DNA from: the human T2T-CHM13v2.0 reference genome, Homo sapiens
Strand: one strand, 5' to 3'
DNA: 64,000 nt
NCBI RefSeq assembly: GCF_009914755.1
Contig: NC_060942.1
Part shown: positions 29,288 to 43,729 of the stretch, one piece after another
Layout of the letters: the number at the start of each line of letters is the position of its first letter
How positions within the stretch are numbered: position 1 is the stretch's first letter
Notes under the pieces: model-generated
The model's input: only the letters and a program-made list of their open reading frames with translations
What the model was told of the DNA's origin: nothing
Database searches by the model: none
Translations under genes and position numbers: made by a program

Positions 29288-29713
29288 TGTTGCAGAACTT
29301 TCAACTTAGTTCAGCTAAAACTGGGCTCTTGTCACATGCCCAGGAAAGATTAGGCTCAGGGACACCTAGAAGGGTGAGGAAAATGGAATGTATTTGGCAA
29401 ATATGCAAAAGGAAAAATAACTCTCAGCAAAGCGAGAGAGAGTCCTGCTAGCAGGTTTCCCACCTCACAGGTTGAATCCCAGGTCACCACCCAGGAACGG
29501 AAGATGCCCGGCACCTCCGCCCTGCAAATGTCACAAAATTCCTGAGGCTCTACCACGTCTTCCCAGTGCACAGGTGGGCATTATTCAGAAAGAATCAGTC
29601 GGGAAAGGGCGGGTTTCTTTGGGACCAACAGTCTGGTTTTTCAGCGTTCAGGCTGTTTTAGGCTTGAAAGTGGGGTTTTGCTGGGGACCCTTGCCTGTCT
29701 CCTGTCTCTGTCA
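29288..29713 (-). mobile_element. MER61-family ERV1 solo LTR with 4-bp TSD
   Basis: TG...CA termini, cttagttcagctaaaactgggctcttgtc, TSD CAAT at 29284-29287 and 29714-29717. Confidence 0.88.
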
Positions 29714-30559
29714 CAATGATATCCTAATTTCTTGAGAAATTTTCCATTATAATAATGGAAAGAAAGCAAACTCTGAAGTTTTCTATCATGAAAGTTCTTT
29801 TGTTTTGAATACCTCTGTAAGATGATAATAAATTTTTCTCAATGCCCCAAATAAGAAAGAAGAAATTATAAGAATCCACTCTTCTTAGAAGTGAAAGAGA
29901 GAAGCAAGTTACAGGAAGAGAAAAAGGTACTAGTCTTTGTCCAAGAGACTAGTCAACTAATATTTCTTTGTGTACTATACAAGAGTTGGGAGCAGGAGTA
30001 GCTCTGAGAGGAGTGAGAATGTCTCAAATCTTTTGAACAGTTCCAGGAACGACATCTAATCAGCAGAGAATGATTATTTATATGGGAATTTTTGTATCTA
30101 ATATTATCTAATTGTTACTTTTGTTATCAAGGGTAGAAAAACCATGGATGCTACTGAAAATTCCCCCAGTTGGTATCTGCAAGTTGAATTTCTCAACCTT
30201 CCTTGTATTCCCTTGGAAATATGACCTAATAATTAATTTGGGATTTGTCAAGGAAAAAGTTGAGTCTTCCTAAAACTTTAGAAAAAAAAATCTGCATTTT
30301 TGACTGAGATATATATATCTCCTCCTTTTTGCTATTGGAAACTATGTATTATTTTTATCTATAGTCATCCTACAGTGCTTTGGAACAGCAGAACTTATTC
30401 TTGCTGTCTAGCTGTAATTTTGTATCTTTTAACAAATTTAGTTCCTATTCCTAGAGACCCACTGAAACTGCTCTTGCTTTCTCTACCCATTACAACCATA
30501 TTACAAAATTCAATAAGCAAGTTTTTGACCTCATATTATTTGAATTCTTGGCATCACAC

Positions 30560-30901
30560 TGATATGGTTTGGCTGTGCCCCCACTCAAATTTCATCTTGA
30601 CTTCCCATGTGTTATTGGAGCAACCCAGTGGGAGGTAATTGAATCGTGGGGGCAGGTCTCCCCTGTGCTGTTCTCATGATAGTGAATAAGTCTCACAAGA
30701 TCTGATGGTTTTAAAAAGGTAAGTTTCCCTGCACAAGTGCTATTATTCTCTCCTGTCTGCCGCCATGTGAGACGTGCCTTTCACCCTCCACCATGATTGT
30801 GAGGCCTCCCCAGCCACGTGGAACCATAAGCCCACTAAACCTTTCTTTGTAAATTGCCTAGTATCGGGTATTTATCAGCAGTGTGAAAATGGACTAATAC
30901 A
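30560..30901 (+). mobile_element. THE1B solo LTR
   Basis: tgatatggtttggctgtg ... gtttccctgcacaag ... ggactaataca. TSD cacac / catac. Confidence 0.92.
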
Positions 30902-30919
30902 CATACCATAAAATTAATA

Positions 30920-32235
30920 ATGTATTTCTTGAAGCACTGTTTCTTGGCCTCTATGTCACTATATTCAAATTCTATCAATGCATCTGGTTTTTGCTGATTT
31001 CTTGTCTACCCGATGGTAAATAATAGAGTTTTCCAAAACTAGATTTTTGCCTTTCTTCTTATGCTTTTCCTCATTATTTGCTTAAATGGTATCCATATTC
31101 CAATTGATATCTCTCTATGTAACCACAAAATTGACATTACTATTTGTATATATTAAGGGAAATTCAAGGCTAACTTATTCAGAAGTGAACTCTTGCTTTG
31201 GATTGTGAAACCTCCTTTAGTTTTCTCCAGTAGAGCAAATTTCAACTTCATCTTCCAAGGCGTACATGTCCCCAAACTGACCATCTTCCTTCACTCTTAT
31301 CTCATTCTCACCCACTGTTACTGGCCTTCCCCACCTTGCCAATATCTAATCTGTAATCCAGCACAAAAATGAATATAACCAAGATATATCATGACATTCA
31401 TTTTCCTATTTCTCTACTGCACTCTGTCTCTATTGAATTAGTTGAAGCCAACCTCATCTGCCTCAGCCTCTATAATAGCAACTTTACTGGTGTTTCCAGT
31501 TTCATTCTTATCTCCCTTTTGCTCCTTTGTCTTAAGTCATACTCCCAGAGAAGCTAAAGTCTGGGAGAATGGTTTAAGGCAAAACTGTTTTTGCCTAAAA
31601 ATAGTTTTGGTGTAAAAATTTTACCATATAATCTTCCTTTTAAGAGCCCTCAGTGGCTTCTCTTTTTCCTTACAATAAAATGCACAATTGTTGATATGGT
31701 GAACAGGATTCTCCATCCTCTGATACTGCCAGACTCCTTCTCTAATATCCTCACCTACTCATTAGCCACTCTGATGTCCTTCAAGTTTCTTAACTAACAA
31801 AACCTTTCCATCTTGATGGTTTTTGAGTATGCTATTTCTTCTTGAGAATTAATTTTTTTTACATTCAGCCAAGGTGGACAGAAAAAAAGGAAATTCATTT
31901 TTATAGGTATTCTCTGTCTCCATTCTCAATTCCACGTCTCATCATCCATTTCACTCAATAGGACCTCCTCTAGCTTTCATCTAATTAAGTTTGTCTTGTT
32001 AGAGTGTCTATTATATTCTGTAATTTCTTTTGCAGTACTCATTATCACTTTTTCTTCTTTTCCTATCTAATTTTGTGGATATTTGAAAAAATCTATACCT
32101 TCTTTTAGGTTATTAGCTTCCAAAGTCAGAGGCTGTGTCTTTTTTATTCATCATGATGTATTTTTAGCAAGTGATTCAGAACCTTGATTATAGATGAAAT
32201 TTAGTAACCAAAAATAAGTAAATAGATGGATATGT
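30920..32235 (+). mobile_element. L2 remnant
   Basis: Pyrimidine-rich L2 ORF2/3' text ending in a degraded (aatg)n-like tail. Confidence 0.55.
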
Positions 32236-34912
32236 TTATTAGATCTATTCTCATCTAACTCAATAGTTATGTAAGACTAGATATTTAAGATTATTTTTAA
32301 AATAAGATAAGTACAGTAGGTGTTCATAGCAAAGATGGGACTAGAACATATTGGACATGCAATATCACAGCACATGTTTTTCATATGAATGTGAAAAATA
32401 CTTTTCCCCCTAAACGTCTCTCAGTGTATTGTAATAAAATGTCAGCAAAAAAGAACAAGTGAAATATTATAATATATGATATATATTATACATAATATAA
32501 CCATGCTCAACATTGTTCCTTTTTCTGCAAAGTTGCTATCAGTAGCAAGATATTCTATTGACATTTATCATAATCTTAATAATTATTACTACCCATAGCC
32601 ACAATACAGAGTGTATATGGTCCTTCAAAACATGAAAGTGTCAAACCAAACTGTTTTCTTTCCTATTAAAATTTCTATTTTTATATTCTTATGTGTTATA
32701 TTTAATACTAATTCTCCAATACATTTAAAAACTGTGCTTCCTAATTTATATACATAAAAATAAATTGTGAAAAAATTGTGGTTTAGGAAAACACATATAT
32801 TATATATGTGTACACATGCACATACATATATACAAAAAGATAGATGTGTCTTGTTAATAAACATAAACCATATTTTCAATAATTAATAATCAAATGGGTT
32901 AAAATTAAAAGAGTGTTTTCCTCTATTGTCACAGAGGATATCTTTTTTGTATTTGGTAATGTCAAGGATATTATCATATTAACATTACACATTCCATTAC
33001 TTCACTCTTTCATTTATAAATCTCCTGTATATTTAATGAGTTCTTTCTATATATTAGAGCCTGGGAACACAGTGAGACAAGTTCCTGCTCTCAGGTATTG
33101 ACGGTCTAGAAAAGGTGTTCTAGATTTTCACATTTGGGTAAGAAATTTGTTAGTATATAAAATGAATCCGAAAAGGGGTCGCTAGTAGTTCCTTGCAGCA
33201 ATAGAGCCTACAAAATCATGTAGAAAATGATTTAAATATGCTTATTACAACATTATATATGAGAAGAATTTTAAACAAAGAAAAATCAAAATAGTTTGAA
33301 AAGAGAATCGATGAAGGACATTTAATCAACTAGTCTTCTAAAATAGCTACATTAATTAATGGGGCATCAGGTCAGATAAAAAACACGATGAGGACTACTA
33401 TGTAGATGTTGTGATGGATGTGTACGATGTTGATGTCAATACAAAATGCTTTTGAAATAAAGCACAGATGTTTTTAATGCAGAATTAACACACACACACA
33501 CACAAAACCAGGACAAGACTGAAAGGAAACAGGAAGATATCTCCAGATGTTAGAAATTAGTATTTATGATATTTTATGTATTAAAATAGGGCAAGGTAAT
33601 ACTTTAAAAATTCTTCACCTATGAAAACAATGTTTCTTGCTTTCATGTTCTATTAGAGGAATATAAAACAGTCTTTGTTTTAAATACCAAGTATTTTATT
33701 TTCATTTATTAAAATCTCATTTGAGATTATAAGGTTTTAATAAGGCCAAGACAAAAAAAGTCAATTCATAAATAACAATGTCAGTGTCTACATATATAGT
33801 CTAAAAATTAAAGAATGATACTATCTGATTTTATAAACAAACAAACAAAAACCCACACATCCTCAAAGCATTGGTTTAGCAAGCTACTTGAATAAAGGTC
33901 TTTGTTGTGAATATAATTGCTTATCGTAAAACTGAAGTTAGTTACCAGTAGTATCAAAGACTTTCACAAAGACAGCATGAAATGTGATATTCTTGAATGA
34001 CTTTTTCTTTTCTGGAAAAAAGAGACTGATAGATAAGTTACTGTATTTTCTGTCAATCATGGTAATTTTATTTTTCTTGACTTATTTATTTATTTGTTAT
34101 TAGTCATTACACAATTTATTCTTAAGCAGTTAAATAATATGTTTTCATCTTTAAACACACAAAACTAAGGGAAGTGTGTTAGAATTTGCCACCTATTTTG
34201 TGTTTACCCTTTTGGTTTTTACTAAAAAAACACCTAGACTGAGACAACCTGCATCCCTCCTTGTCCCTCTAACTTCCTGATCTTCACAGTTTGAAACATT
34301 AAATTAACCCCAAGGCCCTACAGCTCAGCTCAGCCCCAGCATCTGGGCTCTGGCTAGTGCCTGTCCAATACAGCAATCCGGCAGCTCACCATCAAGTGAG
34401 TCTGCTGTTGGTACTATGCTAACCCTGGGCCATGTTTGTACCTGCTGATTTCTTAGATAATTCCTTGTCTTAGTATCTTATCCTCACTCTTTCCTAAAGT
34501 TGCAAAAACTACAATCTCCTTTGGGTTGTCTTTTGTTTTTGTTGGAAGAAAAATGTAGATGGCTAGATCCCTACCTGATAAACTCTGATGAATGGCAAAG
34601 TATGAAAGTCATTGCCTTTACCCCACTACATTAATCAAAAAATGCAATCGCCAAAATGATTGTATTCTTTTTTTTGGTAAAGGAAAGCAAATTTTTTATA
34701 TGTGATTAAATTCCTATGATCTCTGATTTCAGAGCATACATGGCTAGCAATGAGCCGAACAAAAAATGACTTTTTAAAAAGAGATTTCGTTTTTTAAAAA
34801 TGTTCGTTTGCAAAAACAGAGATTCGGTTATTGAAGCAATCATTAAAGTACTTAGTTTGTCCAGGAGCCAACATGAAAAAATACTGATTTAGAATTGTAA
34901 CACAGGTTCTAT

Positions 34913-34966
34913 TTTTTTGACAATCTTTATAGTCAGCAATTTTTTGACAATCTTTATAGTCAGCAA
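34913..34966. repeat. Perfect 27-bp tandem duplication
   Basis: ttttttgacaatctttatagtcagcaa x2. Confidence 0.95.
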
Positions 34967-35042
34967 AATGTAATATTCCATAAACCAATATTTTAAATGT
35001 TCTGCATTTTAACTAAATGAACAGAAACCTATGCAAATGCAT

Positions 35043-35220
35043 TTTTGTGGCTATTGTAAATGGGATTGTGTTCTTGATTCAACTCTAAGCCTGGACATTA
35101 TTGGTGTATAGAAATGCTACTGATTTTGTACATTGATTCTGTATCACGAAACCTTATTAAAATTATTCACCAATTCTAGTAGCCTTTTGGCAGAGTCTTT
35201 AGGGGTCACAGGTATAAAAT
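35043..35220 (-). mobile_element. Isolated internal L1 ORF2 fragment (~175 bp)
   Basis: gtggctattgtaaatgggattg...ttggtgtatagaaatgctactgattttgtacattgatt is typical antisense L1 ORF2. Confidence 0.85.
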
Positions 35221-38052
35221 TCTATTACAGAAACATGACTTTTTAAAATTCCCATGTCTATAAATTTGCCTGCTGTCATTGAAATTAATGTTCTTGCTTT
35301 AGTATAACTATATAATCTTTGGTATTTTTTTACATTTATTCATTATAGCATTGATATTTTACTACTTGTAAATTTTACAGTTATGGAAAATCTCAAACAT
35401 TAAATCATGAAGTCCTTTTTTTCATTTTATAACATGTGAATATGACTATATCCATAGGAAAAAACAGTCTAATAGCTTCTTCAATGTAGAAATAAGTTTA
35501 TCTATAGCTTTAATGATATTTCTCTTCACTCATAACATTGACAAATACCTTTCTTCATTTCATAATGTGTATGCTCTAAATACACCATACACACACACAC
35601 ACTTATACACATACTCACACAAATGCTTAGATTGATGGATGAATAGGTAGGTAGATACATACATACATAGATACAAAGATAGCTAGATAGATGTCAATAG
35701 ATTTTTCTGTTGTGGAATCTCATTGAATAATTTTCATAACTTCCCATCATTCGTATCATTTCATTACATTTTTTAAGCCATGTGCACATGTACTATTTCA
35801 AATAAATATAAAATTAGAGTTGTGTATGGTATCACCTTATAAAATTATTCTACAGGATGGCTAAGGGCCGATATTGCTACAACTCCTCATTGAAAAAAAT
35901 ATTAACCATTTTAACATCAGTTAACATGATATTCTGTTATATTATGTAGTAACTTGTTCATTTTTTATTTCCCATCATAGATAAGTTTATTATCTTATGG
36001 TTTAGCTATATTAGAAATTATTTTTACAGGTATGTGCTTCATCTATAATTAATTTTTTAAAGTATATGAAAGTTTCAAGCTAATAGACTTTCTGTATACT
36101 TTATTTTTTATCCATTTAAACTTTACCTAATCAAAATGAGAGACACAAATCATGTGTTACAGAATAGGTGATAATGTATATGTGTTATTAATTTCAGTTA
36201 GAAGGGATTCTAAACTTAAGGTAATTGCATTGACCAAATTTTGTTGGAGGACATTATTTACATTTTGTGTTGATTCTTCTAAGACTTAGGTGGAAGGACA
36301 GTTTAATGCATTCTGTACTAAATGGAAACAGTTTAACCAAAAGCTAATAAAAATTACAAGGATTTTAATTGCAAATTCACCTAAGCTTTAATGAATACTA
36401 ACTCATTAGACCATTGAAAATGCTAACAAAAACTAAGATTTTTTTTTTTTACACCCTGCTCCCAGAAAGTAAGATTTTTAAATAAATATTTATTTAGCCT
36501 AATAGTATTTAAAATCCATGTAAATATACTTACAATAATATTTAAAATGGAGATGAGCTTCTGAAGTGCTATTTTATTATTGAGAACATACTTAATAACT
36601 GCTATTAGGAAATCCTGCTGCCTGTGAAATATTATTCACTATGTCTCATTTAGTACGATCTATTTCAATTATACTTTGGAGAAGCCTAATCAAGCGTTTT
36701 CCCTAAATAAACAGAGCACTTATATTAGACTCCATTTCTCCTTCTGAACAATTTACTATCCTCCCAAAAGCTGCAAATGGATCTTTAACTTTCAAATAGA
36801 GTTTATGCAAGAAGGTCGATCTGTATTGATGTAGCCTGCTCTTCCAGACAGTCTGCTTATTTAACAAATAGGCTTCCTAAATTAGTGAAAATAGGGTTTA
36901 AACATTCCGTGAACTATCTGTAATATCTGTATTATTTAGGTGAAATACAGACTATGTAGCATATTACAGGAACAAATCAATTATACCCAACTGCATTTTA
37001 GTTTTCTAACACTAATTGGATCGAATCAGGGATTTTTGCTTTTCAGACACCTTCCAGACTACAGTCAATAAGACTCTCCCTACTCTGGCCTTATTTCTAT
37101 ATGATATTTTTTCCATGCAGAGTTTGTGGTAACGACAATCTGAAGATTTTAGCATTCTTAACACATTTGCTTCTTGAAATGCAGTTTCCTCCCCCAAAGC
37201 CTCTTTTTCATCTCCAATGTCAGCTAATATTCAGTGTGGGTAATATGGTTTCGCTCTGTGTCTCCACCCAGATCTCATCTTGAATTGCAATACCCATAAT
37301 CCTCACATGTCAAGGGTAGGACAAGGTGGAGGTAATTACATCAAGGGGCTGGGTTCCCCCATGCTGTTCTTGTGATAATGAGGGAGTCTTATGAGGTCTG
37401 ATGGTTTACACGCATCTGTCATTTCCCCTGCTTGCACTCACTCCATCCTGCCATGGCAGGAAGAGATGCCTTCCGCCATGATTGTAAGTTTCCTGAGGCT
37501 TCCCCAGCAATATGGAACTGTGACTCAATTAAACCTCTCTCCTTTATAAATTACCCAGTCTTGGGTATTTTTTTCATGGCAGTGTGAAAACAAACTAATA
37601 CAGTAAATTAGTACCACAGAGAGTGGGGTGCTGCTGTAAAGATACCCAAAAAAGTGGAAGCGACTTTGGAACTTGGTAGCAGGCAGAGGCTGAAAGAGTT
37701 TGGAGGGCTCAGAACAGATATGTGGAAAAGTTTGGAACTTCCTGGAAACTTATCAAATGGCTTTGACCAAAATGCTGATGGTGATATGAACAGTAAAGTC
37801 CAGGCCGAGGTGGTCTCAGATGGAGATGAAGAACTTGTTAGAAGCTGGAATAAAGGTCACTCTTGCTATGCTTTAGCAAAGAGATTAGCAGCATTTTGAC
37901 TCTGTCCTAGAGATCTGTGGAAGTTTGAACTTGAGAGAGATGATTTAGGATATCTGGTGGAAAAAAAAAATTTAAGCAGCAAAACGTCAAAAGGAAGTAG
38001 AGCAAAAAAGTTTGGAAAATTTGCAGCTTGATGATGTGATAGAAAAGAAAAA

Positions 38053-38188
38053 CCTGTAGTCCCAGCTACTCGGGAGGCTGAGGCAGGGGAATTGGTGTGA
38101 ACCCAGGGGGTGGAGCTTGCAGTGAGCTGAGATTGCGCCCCTCCTCTCCAGCCTGGGAGACAGAGCAAGACTCTGCCAAAAAAGAAAA
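38053..38188 (+). mobile_element. 5'-truncated Alu (right arm) inside THE1-int
   Basis: cctgtagtcccagctactcgggaggctgaggcag...gagcttgcagtgagc...gcaagactctgcc followed by an A tail. Confidence 0.92.
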
Positions 38189-38266
38189 GGCGGGGAGGGG
38201 ATGGGACGGGAGGGGAGGGGAGGGGGGAGAGGAGGGGAGGGGGGAGACGAGGGGAGGGGAGAACCT

Positions 38267-38636
<370 letters not shown>

Positions 38637-40326
38637 TTAATCACCAAGACAATGGAAAAAATTTATCCAGAGCATGTCAGAGACCTTCATAGCAGCCTCT
38701 CCCATCACAGCCCTGGGGGCCTAGGAGAGAAAAATGGTTTACTGGGCCAGGCCCAGGTCCTGCCTGTTCTGTGCAGCCTTGGGACATGGTGCCCTGTATC
38801 CCAGCTGCTTCAGCTCCAGTCATGGCTAAAAGGGGCCAAGGTAGGGCTCTAGCCATTGTTTCAGAGAGCACAAGGCCAAAACCTTGGCAGCTTACACGTG
38901 GCCTTGGGCCTGTGGGTGCGCAGAAGTCAAGAATTGAGCTTTGGGAATCTCTGCCTAGGTTTCAGAGGATTTGTAGGCGGAAGTTTGCTGCAGGGGTGGT
39001 GCCCTCATGGAGAATGTCTGCTAGGACAGTGCAGAGGGGAAATGGGGGGTTGAAGCCCCCACACAGAGTCTCCACTGGGGCACTGCCTGGTGGAGCTGTG
39101 AGAAGAGGGCCACTGTCCTCCAGACCCCAGAATGGTAGATCTACCAACAGCTTGCGGCATGCACCTGGAAAAGCCAAGGACGCCTCATGCCAGCCCTTGA
39201 AAGCAGCCAGGGGCGGGGCTCTACCCTGCAAAGTCACGGGGTGGAGCTGCTCAAAACCATGGGAGCCCGCCTCTTGCATCAGCGTTGCGTAGGTGTGAGA
39301 CATGGAGTCAAAGAAGATCATTTCGGGACTTTAATGTTAAATGACTGCCTTATTGGATTTTGGACTTGTATGGGGCCTGTAGCCCTTTATTTTGGCCAAT
39401 TTATCCCATTTGGAATGGATGTATTTACCCAATTCCTGTACCGCCATTGTATTTAGTAACAAACTTGCTTTTGATTTTACAGGATCATAGGCAGAAGGGA
39501 CTTGCCTTGTCTCAGATGAGAATTTAGACTGTGGAGTTTTGAGTTAATGCTGGAATGAGTTAAGATTTTGGGGGATTGTTGGAAATGCATAACTGTGTTT
39601 GGAAATGTGAGGACATGAGATTTTGGAGCGGTCAGGGGCAGAATGATATGGTTTGGGTCTTTGTCCCCACCCAAATCTCATCTTGATTTGTAATCCCGGT
39701 GTGTCAAGGGCAGGAGTTGGTGGAGGTAATTGGATTATGAGGGCAATTTCCCTCGTGCTGTTCTTGTGATAGTGAAATGCCAGCATCAAAGATCTGATGG
39801 TTTTATAAGCATCTGACATTTCCCCTGCTTGCATTCTTTCTCTCTCCAGCTGCCCTGTGAAGAGGTACCTTCCACTGTAATTGTAATTTTCCTGAGGCTT
39901 CCCCAGCAATGTGGAATTGTGAGTCAATTAAACCTCCTTCCTTTATAAATTACCCAGTCTTGGGTATTTCTTTATAACAATGTGAGAATGGACTAATACA
40001 GTGGGACTTGCCTTTTCTTACATATCTAGTTTGGTTTGCTATAATAAATATATGAATAATGCTTTAGGAATAGCATCCGACTTATATTGTTACATTAACA
40101 TGTATTCATGAGGACACTTTGTGGAGTTCCTAATTTACCCCTCAGTCTTTGCTGCTGGAACTCACTGCTGCCCTTAGATTATGTGTACACTCTCTGCTTC
40201 CTCTTGTTATCACTCATCAGTTTACTTAAGGTAATAATATTTTTTACTTCATAATCTGTGTCTTAAAGAGAAAGCTGTTAGCCTGTCCTAAATATTGAGA
40301 CTTGATCAGGCTCTAAGATTACTGTC

Positions 40327-40448
40327 TGACTCAGGGCCATACCTCTGTGTGTCTGTTCAGAAAATGACTCATGGAATCAGTCTGGAAGCCGGCGAGGTCA
40401 CATGGTTTTGAAAATGAGAAAATATTCCACGCTGACTCATTTAGGTCA
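40327..40448. promoter_or_regulatory. Candidate enhancer: three AP-1 TGACTCA sites plus two AGGTCA half-sites and an E-box
   Basis: TGACTCA at 40327-33, 40365-71 and 40433-39. AGGTCA at 40395-400 and 40443-48. CACATG at 40399-404. Function is inferred from motifs only. Confidence 0.45.
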
Positions 40449-42869
40449 TGATAGAATTTTCTTTCTCCGTGTGATTGAAGAGCTACCGAACAGCTGTGGA
40501 AGAATACAGCCAATGTCCTGAATAGTATACGGCACCCACAGAGGGAAAAAATAGTTTATACCTGAAAACCTTGTCCTGAAAATTGGAGTGGTCTTTGGGA
40601 ATTCCCAAGGCATAGAAATAACTAGAAACAAGTTGTTCAATGAGTAAACCTTTCACAGTGTTTATGAAAGTGTGGTCAGGATTTTATTCTCCCGAGGGAG
40701 GAAATGTTTCTTCCATCTTGCAGAAACAGCACTTTCAGATAATTTATGTGGCCACCACTTAGAGGAAGCAGACAATACATTTAGAGGCTGAGAATTAAGG
40801 AGATGAGGATATTTAGAAGTACTTCAAGAAGAAAACAAAAATTGGAAAAGGAATGATGAGTCTTTTGAAGTTTATTTGCAATGTATCTGTTTATTTTAAT
40901 TTTCCCCCTTAAGAATAAGAATTTGTTGCAAAAAGGCTACTAATAAATGTGAAACTGAAGAAATAGAGCATACTTCTGAAAACTCACAGATCATGGTTTG
41001 AAGAAAACTCTGTGGAAAGTGAAATAAAAAACCAGGATCAATCCTCAGATCAAGAACAATACAGGACAATTCCTTGTCCCCAAATTCACCATAAGGGACA
41101 CAAATAAAAATTTTAGTGTTAGAAATTCAATTTCAAGTTCAATTTGTTATTCAAAATATTATGTATATTTAAATAAAATCCTTCTATATACAATATAACA
41201 ACAGTTCATTTAACGCTAGTGCATTCATTACATTTCAGTGTTCAGTGTGAATAGTGCATGTGATGTGAAAATTCTTGTGTTTAAATTCTGGTGAATATGA
41301 ATGAGGGTAACTTTAGAGCTGGGAAACCAGAAAAGACATTTAAAAATAGGTCTTCAATAAAACTTTTCCCTAAGTTTTACAAATTCCATTTCAATGTTAA
41401 CTGAACAGGAGACTATTTTTTTATTACTTTTTAATGTTCCTTTATTGGCAAATGTCATTTACAGTGAGAAAATCCAATATTTGCCATATAAGAGAGAGAT
41501 TTTCCATTGATAGTAGAATTCTTTGAAAAGGTCAAGACTGCACTATTAGTACACTTTTCTTTCCAATGATGTTACACATTTCATCAGCCACCTGAAAGTT
41601 AATCCTTGTGATTATCTTTCAATTCCTTGTTACCACAACTTTTCCTTTATATATTATTCCATTTTTATTTTTTGGTGATTTTAATATTATCTCTCATGAG
41701 TATATCTTTCTGTATATTAAAGGAAAGACATGGCTTTCAAATTTCTCAAAATTTTATGTCTAAATTATTTATACCACGTGTGTCAAAACTCCAATACTAA
41801 TTATGTCTATAATATGACAGTGTACACAGTAGACTTTATTTATATGCCATCATATATTTATAAGTAAGACAAAGTCAAAAGTCGTATTTGATAATGGTTT
41901 TAAATACTTTGATAAATTACATATGCATAAATAAATTACTCTGCATACTCTAAATTCCGGGGTAATCGTTTGTTTATTTGTTTGTTTTTACTAGATCTGT
42001 TCTATTCAGGAAACAGAAGATAATTAAAAAAAATAAGTCCACACTTGTAATGACTAAAGAGTCAAAAATAGTTGATTAAATAATTGTCTTAAGAGCAGTC
42101 GTATTTTCTTTTAATCACTCTAAACTACCTATGTCATAATTTGTTTTAAAAAACTTTTTTGCTTTTTTCTTAAAAATATTGAGAAGTAGAACACAGCATT
42201 ATTCAAATCTGGGAAAATTTGTAATCACTGTTGAATTCTTATATATAAACTATGGTGAAAATAACAGAATATTAATAAAGTTTAAGGTTTTAAAATAACT
42301 AACTACAAAAATTGTCATCCATGTTGTTATGAAATTCTTTTTGTCAGACCTACCCTGAAAAATTGAAAAAAAATTCGTAGACACAAAAAGCAAGTTTATA
42401 GTTAAATTCATCCAATATAGCCTATCTAATATACTAATATAGATAATCTAACTGCTTTTAAAATATAAGAATTATTTTATAAGTCTTTTGGAAAGAAGGT
42501 ATTTATTTAGAGCCTCTGCCTCCCTTTAATTAATCAAAAATTGAAGAATCCTCTTTTGATATGAAGTATGGTAAAGACAAAAATATTTATTTATATAAGC
42601 TAATTTTTAAAATTCTGTTCTTACATTTAGCATATTTTTTTGGCTGTTGAGTAAGACAATAGCCAAAATTCATAATTTGTAAACTTTCTTTTTAAAAATA
42701 TTTCAAAATAGGTTTAATAATTTTCTTTCTTAATTTATCTGTGTGAAACTACCAACGAAAAGGTGATGAATTCAAGTCAGAAAAATTTTATCAATTGGAG
42801 ATCCTACTAAAAATTGCAAGAAGTGATTATAATCGATGTCTACTATAGGAAATTTGAGACATTTCTTTC

Positions 42870-43352
42870 ATTATGACTTAGGGTTTCTCCAAAAGAAAAT
42901 TCCAGATATGGACATGGGTACAATTCGGATATTTGGGATGTGATCCCTGAATGCAGCAAGCGGAGAGGTGGGAGAGTGTGACAGAGCAGAAGGGACCCAC
43001 ACACAGTAGTTATTTAGCTGGTAATCACTGAGCCACTGCAGCTCACTGTAACAAATGTTCTTCCAAATGAACCTCTGAATTGGTTTCCACAGCACAGAAG
43101 GCTGCAAATTTATCCATGTCATCTTGTCCCTCGCTGGTTGAGGTTAACCTCAAGGATATTAACTGTCTCTATTTAATAACTGTTGAAAAAGCTACTTGTA
43201 CATCAGAGAAAACTGTGTGACAGAAAACCCAAGTGATCCAGAAAGTAGCAATGTGGGAGGCAGCCTGTGTGTGCAAGGAAGGTCCCCTCCAGCTGTCCTG
43301 AAGTCCAAGCTGACCCACAGGATATAGAACTGGCACAAAAGGAGTCTGTTAC
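42870..43352 (-). mobile_element. Old ERVL LTR (LTR16-like)
   Basis: ttagggtttctccaaaag...atttgggatgtgatccc...gggagagtgtgacagagcagaaggg. Confidence 0.45.
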
Positions 43353-43729
43353 AGTTAAAATTGGGCTTAACATAATGAAAAGATTACTCAGAAAAAAAAA
43401 ATGTCGGTTTTTATACCTTGGGAATATTTTTTTAAAATAATTCCTTATTAAAAATGCATACTTTCTACATAACTTATATACTTATATTTTACTTTTAAAG
43501 TTGTGCAATATATGTTGTGAGCTTTAGAGTGTTTTTTTTATTTTAATGGTTGCCCTTAATTTCTTAGCATCAATTCTTCATCATGGATTTTTTTTTTCCA
43601 AATCCAAAACTTATCTTCTGATGGTAACAAGAATTTTATCATGTGATTACCCATTACATACTGCTTCTTTATTTGTTATAATTGGAAAGTTTAATTTTAT
43701 ATTTTCAATAGTTACTATGATCAAACTAA

